In this document: positions 15,059 through 24,969 of the stretch, one piece after another | How the letters are laid out: each line of letters opens with the position of its first letter | Numbering within the stretch: the stretch's first letter is position 1 | Source of the DNA: Lingula anatina | Lineage: Eukaryota > Animalia > Brachiopoda | Length of the DNA stretch: 64,000 nucleotides | Assembly (NCBI GenBank): GCA_051362555.1 | Contig: CM120644.1 | Location: forward strand, 9,246,954-9,310,953 | Direction: 5' to 3' | The notes under the pieces: model-generated | Database searches by the model: none | The model's input: the letters and a program-made list of their open reading frames with translations, nothing else | What the model was told of the DNA's origin: nothing | Position numbers and translations under genes: made by a program

Positions 15059-16166
15059 AGGTAGATCGGTCGTTACGTAATTTGACGATTTGCGCAATTT
15101 CAGCGCATCGTCAATCGTCTCTTACGACATTTCAGTCTGTTTTATCAATTCAAGGAAATAAAACAATTATCTATAAGATAAACAAACATTATCAACTTGT
15201 CTTTAACTCGGTACGATCGATATAGTTTTCCGACAACATTCGCAGACTATGAGTCGACTATGATTCCATCCGACAACTGTAGAACGTTCATAGATTTACC
15301 CTTCAAGAAATCGACGGAAATATCCCTTTTTCAAATTTGAATGGGCATTGTAGAAAAAGAATGACAGCTAAAGCTCACAAATTATGCACGTAGGTTCTAT
15401 ATCATGTTAAGAATAAGTCTTGTAAATTTCAATCAAAGCGGTTGCGTATATTTTGAGGTAGAACGCTCGACGAAAACCGGAAGTGCATCGTTACGTCACT
15501 CACTTGTACTTGGAAAGCTGCTGGGTGATTTTCCGATGAGAAATATTTCGTAGCTTTCACAAATGTTCAGAAAATGACCATACAGATTGAAGAAAATTCA
15601 CTTATCAAAATTTAAACTGCGCAACATTATAAAAACGTCTTTTCGTCGATTTCTTGAAGGGCAGTGTTGTTGAGATTTTTTCAGGCTATTGGTGTATTTT
15701 TGACCTTTTTGTGGTGCTGGTACATAGGCCTACAACATTAATGAGATTTTTCTGGGCTGATTTCCATTTTTTTAAGGGGAGGGAGGAGCCAAAAAGTCAC
15801 ATTCATATTATATTCATTACATAGATAAATAATAACGACAATAAACTATTTTTACATGCATGACACATTTCCCCTCTTCAATAAATCTATTGTAAAGTTA
15901 ATGGCTTACACCTTCCCATCAGTATGACAAATCTAAAGATACATGTAGCTAGTATACTCACTTCAACTGTTAAACAAAATAAGTTTTAAATGTACTTGGA
16001 TGTCTCTCCACACAAAACAAAAATAAAAATTCAAAGGTAAGAAAATCATAAAAAATAACTTTTTAGTGAAAAACCGCCCATTTTCCCATTGATTTGAATG
16101 GGGACTAGTGCGATATGCAGGGTGTAACATATTTGGGCGTAGTTCTCTTATTTGGTCGGTGACCCC

Positions 16167-16216
<50 letters not shown>

Positions 16217-16299
16217 AAATTCTTAATGTGCTTGGGTGTCTCTGCAAACAAACAAAAAATTTTAATTCGAATGTTGGAACATGTAACGACCGATCTACC
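15059..16299. mobile_element. Duplicate of the 8552-9795 element inside the 6.5-kb repeat
   Basis: Same TIRs, TSD and internal sequence. Confidence 0.85.
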
Positions 16300-16639
16300 T
16301 TAAAGGAGGAATTTCTTGAAAACAGATTATCATGTAATTCGTAATTCAACTGACCAAAGTTTATGAAGACCGATCATTTAAGTTGTGTGGCACATGTAAG
16401 TTAGAAATATAAAAACACACACACATCTATGTATACTGCACGAGATAATGGATTATTGAGATACAATGTAAGAAGAAGGTTGTAATTAAAGATAAGAATT
16501 TGTGTAGTTGGATGGTTGACAATCTGTTTCATGTATCAATAATTAACCACAAACAAATAAATATAAGAGTACCTTAGGCAAAAAGCAGTTACTAAGTACA
16601 AAGTACAAGTAACCAAGTAAAATAATATTATCTGACTTG

Positions 16640-16812
16640 ATAAATGAAGATATACGGTAAACGTGTGTAGTCTAGTGTACATGGTTTATTCATTTAGCAA
16701 ACAACCAACGGACTCAGTTGTCATATGCAGAGGCTTGTGGAATACGTGACAGAAGGCAACACACATAGTTTCTTCTACATACTGATGTCCTGATCTTAAC
16801 AGCTCGGTAAGT
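16640..16812 (+). promoter_or_regulatory. Class A putative promoter and non-coding first exon of G1, ending at splice donor G|GTAAGT (16807)
   Basis: The block is conserved upstream of G1-G3, with an invariant 28-mer tcatatgcagaggcttgtggaatacgtg and a consensus donor. Each CDS has an acceptor just before its ATG. No transcript evidence. Confidence 0.55.
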
Positions 16813-17702
16813 AGTATAGGTGCAGTAAAGGGTAACAGGTGTTTGGTAAAACAAGTAATTGCTGGGTGTCATTTTGTTTCACTTTCAAATACTTTCATTT
16901 ATCAGTGTACAGAAGGTAATGAAGAACAATGGCGGGCACAGACATAACTGCTATCTTTGCAAAGGCAGTTCTTCAGTACAACCACTGCTGTTGAACTGGC
17001 AATTAAGAGTGCATCAATTGCTCATTCTTCAACATACAAACTGGCCATTCTTTAACATACAAACTTTACGAGCCTGTCAAGCCAAAAAAGCACTGTGCCT
17101 TTGAAGCCCTCTGTGCGCTCTCTATTTATCTGTCTAGCGTATGTACTAAGTTCATCTTGATAAAAATGATTGCCTTTCCATTTAAATTACATGTAGCAGA
17201 CGGTGCCAAAATCATAAAAAAGAAAATATAGGACACAAATTTTGCATTATTTTAATTGTTAAGAAGTTTGAATACCATCGCAAAAGAATGTAATGTGAAC
17301 TATTTCAAATCCACTTCGTGAAATGAATATTGGCCCCACCCATTTTAAACGTTTTTAACTAGCATCACTCAGAGTTGGTATTTTAGGACAAATATGTTTG
17401 AGACAGACAGACATACATGTGCGTGTTACCTTTTCTTACTGTGGTATTATCATTTGTACTACAGTCATCATTACTAATAATTCTACCAGTAGTATTACTA
17501 CATGAACTACACTATACTAATACACATATTGCTCTCTATGTTTGATGGGATGCTAGTCAGTAGCTTCGAATATTGCTGTGCTTGTCCGTTTCTTTTTCTT
17601 GTAGGTGTTGGATACAATGTTTAAGATGACCCTAAATCAGCTATATCTGTTATTATTAGTTTGATATTTTGATATTTCGATTTCTTACTTTAAGGTAACA
17701 AA

Positions 17703-19592
17703 ATGGTTCCCGGAGGTCTCCTTCTTTTCTGTGCAAGCCTGCTTGTCGCTGCACCCTCAATATGCCAAGGAACGTGTTCCATCAATTCTTACTGCTCAGA
17801 CTGTGCCAATTATACTGAGGCAGGACAGACAAAATGGAGATTCTACTGCAACCCTTACAGTGGATCCTACATAGATTCTTCACATTTTACGGCTACCAAT
17901 GATACGGTCGATTTATTTCAAGTCAGTTCTTTTTCATCGAGTTCTACACTTACTATCAACAGTGGCGCTTTCCGAAATATCCCTAATATCGTACGTGTAG
18001 ATATAAGGAACACGCGAAGCACCAGTCCTTCAATATACTCGACAGCTTTCTATTACGGTGTACAGAAAAGCCTGCAAACTTTACTGTTTCGGAGCTCCTA
18101 CCTCACCGCCGTCCCCTCAGCTTTAAGATATCTAACGAATTTACAGGAGCTTGACCTTGGAGTCAATAAAATAACTAGTGACCCATCAAACTATCTTAGT
18201 TACCTGATATCACTGCAGTCGCTAACGCTTGAAAACAACCGCCTATATAGCAGTATCCCAGCATCCTTGGAGCACCTACCCAATCTCCGGAAATTGTCAC
18301 TCGCAAGCTGCTATCTAAACCGGAGTTCTCTAACGTCATTCCGACAGCTGCCCAGGTCGTTAGAGTGGCTGAACCTTTATAATAATTACCAACTTAATGA
18401 AGTGCCTTCGGGTATTGGGTTGCTTCGAAATCTGACCTATTTAAACCTGAGATACTGTCTTCTGAACTCTCTGCCGGTCAATGTCTTCGCCAGTTTGAAC
18501 AAGTTGGAGATCCTAGATCTAAGCCGAAATCCCAGTATCGTTTCCACCCTGAATATTCTTGTCAATCAGAAGTCGTTAAAGATTCTGAAGCTCTCCCAAA
18601 TCAGTTCGTCTTTAACAGACATACCTGGTGCAATATTAGGCATGAAAAAGCTAGTAGAACTTGACCTAAACAATAATGGAATACGAGAATTATATCATGG
18701 TCAATTTGCCAAACTGATACAGTTAAGAAAACTCAGCCTGGGACACAATAAAATAGCTTCTCTTGACCCGCTGTCATTCCAAAATTGTGACCATCTGGAG
18801 GAACTAGACCTTAGTTATAATCTTATACATGAAGTGAGCGAGTTCCTATTTGTTCCTCAGTCCCTCAGGAATCTTAACCTAAACGGAAATAAACTTGACA
18901 TTTTGAACAAGTGTACAATTGCACATTTACTGGCACGTATTCAAAAGTCCTACATTTCAAGCGACCTTTTCATTTGCGATTGTGATTTGGCCTGGGTTCG
19001 AAAACTGCCTACGGCTTTCGGCTCCAGGGTAAGTTTTAGTGGCTCGTGTTATCTGCCAAGGGAGCTATACGGTCAGTCAGTGACTTCATTTACTCTGAGT
19101 GATTGCAGTTCGGAAGACGAAAGTTTTGAAAGCTGCAAGAATATCTCAACTACTCCACCCAATACAAAGACGGAACACTCGACAGAAGTTTTAAACCGCT
19201 CCTTTTTCAATTCAGCCCTAATATCCAGTCTCCAAAAGGACCTCAGCAACGTCCAAACAATCACAACTGTGTCGGTATCTGTCGCCGTTGTCGCCATCGT
19301 GGCATTTGTCGTTACTCTCGTCGTGTTGTTGACATGCTTCTTCAGGCAACGAAACCGAGTGCCTTCAAATGGGAGAAGCCAGGGTCACGTCAATCAAGGT
19401 CTCCAGCTATTGGAAAGAGCCCAGTGTGAAAGATTACCTGAAGGTCAAAGTTCTGGAGATAATTTGTATCAGAACATGGATGGGATGGCCAGCAGCGGCC
19501 CCAGTGGTGCCTATGAACCTATGAGGAAAGATGGGCGGGGTTTGACACAACATAAGGGCCATTACGCCCCTTCCCCTGTAGTTCATAAGTAA
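17703..19592 (+). CDS. G1: type I membrane LRR receptor, short-ectodomain form, no TIR domain (629 aa)
   Basis: Hydrophobic signal peptide, Cys cap (CSINSYCSDC...WRFYC), ~13 LxxLxLxxN repeats, LRRCT (FICDCDLAW...CYLP...C), TM helix VSVSVAVVAIVAFVVTLVVLLTCFF followed by RQRNR, and a tail with YQNM, YEPM and HYAP. Confidence 0.93.
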   Translation: MVPGGLLLFCASLLVAAPSICQGTCSINSYCSDCANYTEAGQTKWRFYCNPYSGSYIDSSHFTATNDTVDLFQVSSFSSSSTLTINSGAFRNIPNIVRVDIRNTRSTSPSIYSTAFYYGVQKSLQTLLFRSSYLTAVPSALRYLTNLQELDLGVNKITSDPSNYLSYLISLQSLTLENNRLYSSIPASLEHLPNLRKLSLASCYLNRSSLTSFRQLPRSLEWLNLYNNYQLNEVPSGIGLLRNLTYLNLRYCLLNSLPVNVFASLNKLEILDLSRNPSIVSTLNILVNQKSLKILKLSQISSSLTDIPGAILGMKKLVELDLNNNGIRELYHGQFAKLIQLRKLSLGHNKIASLDPLSFQNCDHLEELDLSYNLIHEVSEFLFVPQSLRNLNLNGNKLDILNKCTIAHLLARIQKSYISSDLFICDCDLAWVRKLPTAFGSRVSFSGSCYLPRELYGQSVTSFTLSDCSSEDESFESCKNISTTPPNTKTEHSTEVLNRSFFNSALISSLQKDLSNVQTITTVSVSVAVVAIVAFVVTLVVLLTCFFRQRNRVPSNGRSQGHVNQGLQLLERAQCERLPEGQSSGDNLYQNMDGMASSGPSGAYEPMRKDGRGLTQHKGHYAPSPVVHK

Positions 19593-20668
19593 ACCGTAGA
19601 ATATCCCCCTCATTTGCCTTGTGCTATTTTATATCTGTTTTATTAAATATTTACAGTTTAATTTGTTTTAAGGAGCGAACGAACAGTTACCCCGTTCGTA
19701 GTGTTTTTCTGATACATTTATATTAATTTTTGAATTAATCAAATCGTGTAGAAATATGTGCAGCAGGATTTATTAAGTTTGTAATTTCATATGGGAACAA
19801 CTCCATAAATATCTACTCTATGTTAATATTATCAGATCATGGATGGACCAATGCTCAGTAATGTTTTAGTGTATAACCTGACACATGCCCACTGCAGGCG
19901 CACTAATGCTGTGGAGCATACACTCTTGATAAAAGACAAATTATGTTCCAATAGAATATCATAGCTTTCATTGTATTATTCCCCTTCATATTTACTAGAC
20001 AGGTATAATTTGTTACGTCAGCATATTTTAACTGGGTCTCTTTTTTTTATTTTATTTCTATTTATTTAATTTTTTGTTGTTGCTGAAATCTGTCACAAAG
20101 TGTTTGCAACTCTAACCGCCTATAGGTGCATGTATCATTCAGGGAATGACCTTCACCTCCGTACCTTGAAAGTGTTATTATAGTCCTATGTATAGTCCAA
20201 AGTAAACACAGATACGTCGATGTTGTTTGTAATATTGTCACTGTGTTTAGGAAAAACGAGTGCATTTCATAGTTACGAAATAATTTGTTACAAGAATGTA
20301 CTTGTCAGCACTTCAGCAGGGGTGAGTTTAGGAACGCAGACTAGGCCGACAGTTTAACACTATGTTGGTGCCCTTCACAGTCTTTCTTTGAAATTAAATT
20401 GGTCGTTTAGGAATTCAGCACAAACCTTGGTAAGAGTATTGTGATCTCTTTTATGCGCGGAAAATGTCCCGTGAATATAAACGCGAAATATTGTGATGAT
20501 TTTGGACTTAGCCCCTACATGTTGTAATTGGCTAATAGTGATTATATCTTTACCTGTTTGTAGTCTTTCCTGGTTAATAACGATTTGAAATCCAAAAAGG
20601 TCAAATTATTTGTTCATGTGTACCTTTGATGTATCAGTCGCTTGACATGGAAATATGTGTCGATTGCA

Positions 20669-20724
<56 letters not shown>
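20669..20724. repeat. (TAT)n microsatellite in the 3' flank of G1
   Basis: Read directly. Confidence 0.95.
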
Positions 20725-20726
<2 letters not shown>

Positions 20727-20734
20727 ACCATAGA

Positions 20735-20740
20735 AATAAA
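20735..20740 (+). terminator. Candidate polyadenylation signal AATAAA ~1.1 kb after the G1 stop (homologs at 1092 and 48776; AATGAA behind G3)
   Basis: Lies in a block (tagaaataaaa..a) conserved between paralogous 3' flanks. The AT-rich background makes this weak. Confidence 0.3.
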
Positions 20741-23324
20741 ACCATGTAGAATAGGTGACAATCTTCTAATTCCAATTTTCCCAACCTATTGCAACATAAA
20801 TTAATGAAATATAAATATTTATGCGTGATGTTGCTTATGACATCTGTATCTGGAAGTAACGGTACCAACTTTGTAAATAACGTCGTGGGTATTAAACTTA
20901 AAACATTTGGTAAAAGACCATAATTTAAAAATCGGCATTTAAAAAGAAAAAAGGATTACATAATTCTACACGTGACGTTATTTCGAAAGTTATACTGTAG
21001 ACTATTTGTTCCATATCCTTTTTCTGGATATTCACTCGTCCACCATTGGACTCATAAACCTTCCCCAGAAACCTCGAACAGCCGCCGCCTTTGTTAAAGC
21101 ACGTGCAAATTACGAAACGCGCATCTACACGATGCTTTACCAGAGACGCCTATTGGAGATCGGGTCAATGGAATTTGTGTCTTGCCTGCCCGAGGTGCGG
21201 AAAATCAAGGCGAATCAGACGGATTTCAAGAAGACATGACGGTGTTTCCAAAATATGTAGAAATGAACTACAGTTTGCATATAATTTCTCGTTTTTTTGG
21301 CTAATTTTTATCAAAGCTCTTATGACCAAAGATCCAAAGGAAGTTTGACATAGTTTGACACCACCACGAGGGAGCAGCTTGAGTAAGGAACGCTTCATTT
21401 TATTTGTATTTGTATGTGTCGATGCAGAGAAGGGGATATGAGTTAATTAGCATAACTAAGACACATATCTTAAAATAATATTGATTTTTATTTTGTCAGT
21501 AACCAAATATCATTGACATCAGTATTTTTAAGTATCATACACCGAGTGCCGGGTACAGGTAATGGAGTGGTCACGATTACCATGCTTAAAGAACACGTGG
21601 CTTGAATTGTTTATTATTTATCTTTGGCCGTCACCGAATACTTTGGAGGTCGAGTTATATGTTTTTCACAAGCTCCTACCCACTGGAACTTCAACTCAAT
21701 ACAAAATTTGATGAGAGAACCATTTTGAAAAAACGTGAATACGGATGAATTCCTAAGAGACTTCAATGACATTTAACACGGAAGGCGATGTGACACATGT
21801 CACGTATAATATGACGGTCACTAGAGGGACACATGAGGGGTAGTGATCACGGTTCACGGGAAACAAAAGTTTTCGCGCCTCTAGGGAAATAAAAAGTGAC
21901 TTTCACGAGTAACGAAAATATCCAATGGGACCTTGATACTATCTGCAATTACTGGTAGATTAGTTCAGACAGGGGATATTTATATCTAGTTACAATGTAA
22001 TTTAACAAGCCTCATAGGGATATCAGAGGAAATAGAGGCAGCGAGGTACTGTACACGGTAGTCCTACCTCACAGAATCTGATGGTCACCCGTGACCTTTT
22101 ACAAAATGAATGGCCTATTCGATCGATTCAATAGAAATCAAAATTTAAAGAGATTTGCAGGATTGTGGGAAGAGTTGTGTAGCCTAGCAAGTGCCGAGTG
22201 GCAACGAGTAAATACCGACAAAATTTACGGATTTTTTCGGGTTGTTTCCTCTTAAACTCTTTCAAATTGCGGTCTATTGAACGACAGTGTGGTTACACCA
22301 TGGTTTGTGTGCTACTGGTGTTTTGCTATCTAAGACGTCATCGCATGGCTCATAGAGTTTCACCCTTATCGCTAAAGAGCTACTCCCACCTCACGTGTAT
22401 TTTTGCCTGTTTCGCAGTTCACACAGTGCCGAAAACCTCGTTTTAGGTTATCGCCGATGGTGTTCATTTACAAGACTATACCCAGCAATCTGGAATCTTG
22501 CAGTTGCTTCGAGAAGCAGCTGTCAGTGGTTTGATGATGCAAACATGGCCGATTTCCGGTCATTAATGTTCCTGTCTGATCTCTACTAATGATTGGTAAA
22601 ATTTTGGAACCGCGTCAAAAATATTAATATCTTCCCGAGGATTAAACATGCTGAATCCCCTTGAATCCCCTAACAATAATGTAATCGATAGGTCTACTCC
22701 GCCTCCCACACCCGCTGTCCGAACACAGTGGGAGAACGTCGGCTTGGTTTCAATTGGGCCGCTCAATATTTGATCCACGGACCAGTTAATTCGCGGATCA
22801 ACTGGTTGTGAATGTTGTGTAAGAAGAGATGCAATTTTGACTAAACGGTTCAATTGCAAACTAAATGATACATAAAAATTAAATGATTTTTCAAAAGAAA
22901 ACAAACTGATAAACGGAAATACGGAAAAAACAATAAAAAATATTGGAATGCACTTTGCAATATACCAACTAACTTATCATTTATCGTTAATCAGTAGTTT
23001 ATAGCATGGAATACCGCAGAGAGATTAAGAAGTGGTCTCAATAAGCCCGTTTAAGGGAGGTGTATCTTCTTGAAAACAGATTATTATTTATTTCCTGGCG
23101 CCACCAACCAAAGCATTAAAGTAGTATCATACATGTAACTTAGCAGTTATAACAGCACATATATGTATAAAACGTAAATACAAGGTTATAAAGATAAGAA
23201 TTTGCGAAGTTGGATGGTGGACAATCTGTTTCGTGTATCAATAGTTAACCACGAACAAACAAATATAGGAATACCGGAAGCAAAAAGCAGCTACCAAGCA
23301 CAACTATAAATGTTCTTATCTAAC

Positions 23325-23500
23325 CTGATAAGTGAAGCTATACGGTAAAAGTGTGTATTCTAGTGCACTCGGTTTAGTCATCTAGCTAACAACCGACAGA
23401 CACGGGTATCATATGCAGAGGCTTGTGGAATACGTGTCAGAAGGAGACATATACAGTTGCTTCTTTATATTGATGTCCTGGTCCTAACAACTTGGTAAGT
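23325..23500 (+). promoter_or_regulatory. Class A promoter and first exon of G2; donor at 23495
   Basis: 28-mer at 23409-23436; ttg|GTAAGT. Confidence 0.55.
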
Positions 23501-24969
23501 GGTATAGGTGTATTTTTCGTTCATATGCTGAATATATTACTTTCTTATCTCAATAGAAAGAGCAACAGGTGTTTGGTAAAACAAATGATTGCTGGGTGTC
23601 ATTTTGTTACACTTACAAATCAGTGTATAGAAAGCTATAAAGAACAATGGCGATCATTGACATAACTGCGCATTTCGAAGGCACTTCCTCAGCACAACCA
23701 TTGCAATTAAACTGGCAATTAAGAGTGCATCAATTGCTCTTCCTTTAACATACAAACTGATCATTTTTTAACATGCAAACTTTACAACCGTCGTCAAGCA
23801 AAGAGGCAGTGCTAAGACCTGTGTTCCTTAGTAAATATGTTTTGCCCTCGTTGGAATTAAAGTCAAAGTAGGCGAATTGCCATCGATCAATAGTCTAAGG
23901 AATCTGATTAAGCCTTTTTTTAACTCTACATCCTATCCCACTTGATGTGTAAACCTGTAGTTTCTTTTAACGAATTATATAGTCAAGATTTATCATGTAC
24001 ATGTTTGTAATCTTTTCCAAAATCCTGCTTAATGCTGAAACCTACTGATCCACGCTTGCATTCAGAAATTTATCGTTGAAAGCACCGTGCATTTCAAGCG
24101 ATCTGTGTGCTGTCTGTAGATATGTCTAGCGTATGTACTAAGTTAATCTTCATAAAATACGATTGCCTTTCCGTCTAAACAAGCAGCGTCAGCCATTTGC
24201 TGTGTCGTAAGTGCTTTTCACAATACAACTTTTATTTAATGATATTGTATATGTTGAATGTGTATAAAAGAACGTGTCATAAAAGATTGTGCAAAATTTA
24301 AAAGAGGAATTTTAGCATACATTGTATTCTATGCTTACACTGTATGTATGTGTTTGGGCTCTTATATCTTAAAATTACCACGCATACACTAAATCGGCTA
24401 CCCCTGTACGTATTCCATGCAATAAAATATTATCAACTTTAAATAAATGGTCATAACGATGGTGCCAAAATCATAAAAAGATTATAAATATGGCACAGAT
24501 TACGCATTATTTTTATTGTTAAAAAAGCTTGAGTACCAGCGCCGGGGAATATAATGTGAAATGTTTTTAATCTACTTCGTGAAATAAATATTGCCCCTAC
24601 GCATTTTACATGTTTTAAACAAGCTTCACTCAGTTGTTTTAGTACAAATGTTTTCGAAACTAGGCCAGACTTTTTTTTACTTTTTAAAATAAGTATTGTC
24701 ATCTGTACTACATCGATCACTACTAATACTTCTTTCAGTAGTATTACTACATGTACTACTAGCATATAATACTCTATTTATTTGATTACATGCTAATTTG
24801 TAGCTTTTAATGCCCTTGTCCATTTCTTTCACTGTTTCAGAGAACCTAAAATCTGGTATAGGAAAACTTTTTTAAGAAAACAGCTAATATTTTTCACCTG
24901 TTTAACTCTTTGTGTATTTATTTATGTTGATATTGTAATATTTTTCGCCTCCCATTTTAGCGTATCAAA

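Larger units (their letters stand above)
4278..17285. repeat. Near-identical direct tandem duplication, unit ~6504 bp (4278-10781 and 10782-17285)
   Basis: ORF-track entries repeat at an offset of 6504-6507. The junction has 4-bp microhomology GAAT (10782-10785). By eye the copies differ in poly-G and poly-T length and at 8450/14957, 8759/15266 and 9136/15643. Confidence 0.95.

Noticed and set aside
19073-19297. Antisense and alternative-frame ORFs overlapping the LRR genes (e.g. 25583-26639, 37836-38558, 57387-57623)
   Set aside because: They are shadows of the real CDS with no independent coding signal.
19460-19530. Canonical ITAM or ITIM in the tails
   Set aside because: The Tyr spacing (15 aa) and the first motif (YQNT/M) do not fit YxxL/I-x6-8-YxxL/I, and the -2 residue of YEPL is G or A rather than I/V/L/S.
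24451-24765. Similar minus-strand ORFs upstream of G2 and G3 (36305-36538), and repeated ORFs at 10355, 16859 and 31786
   Set aside because: The similarity reflects duplicated intron DNA. The frames and stops differ between paralogs and the starts are non-ATG.
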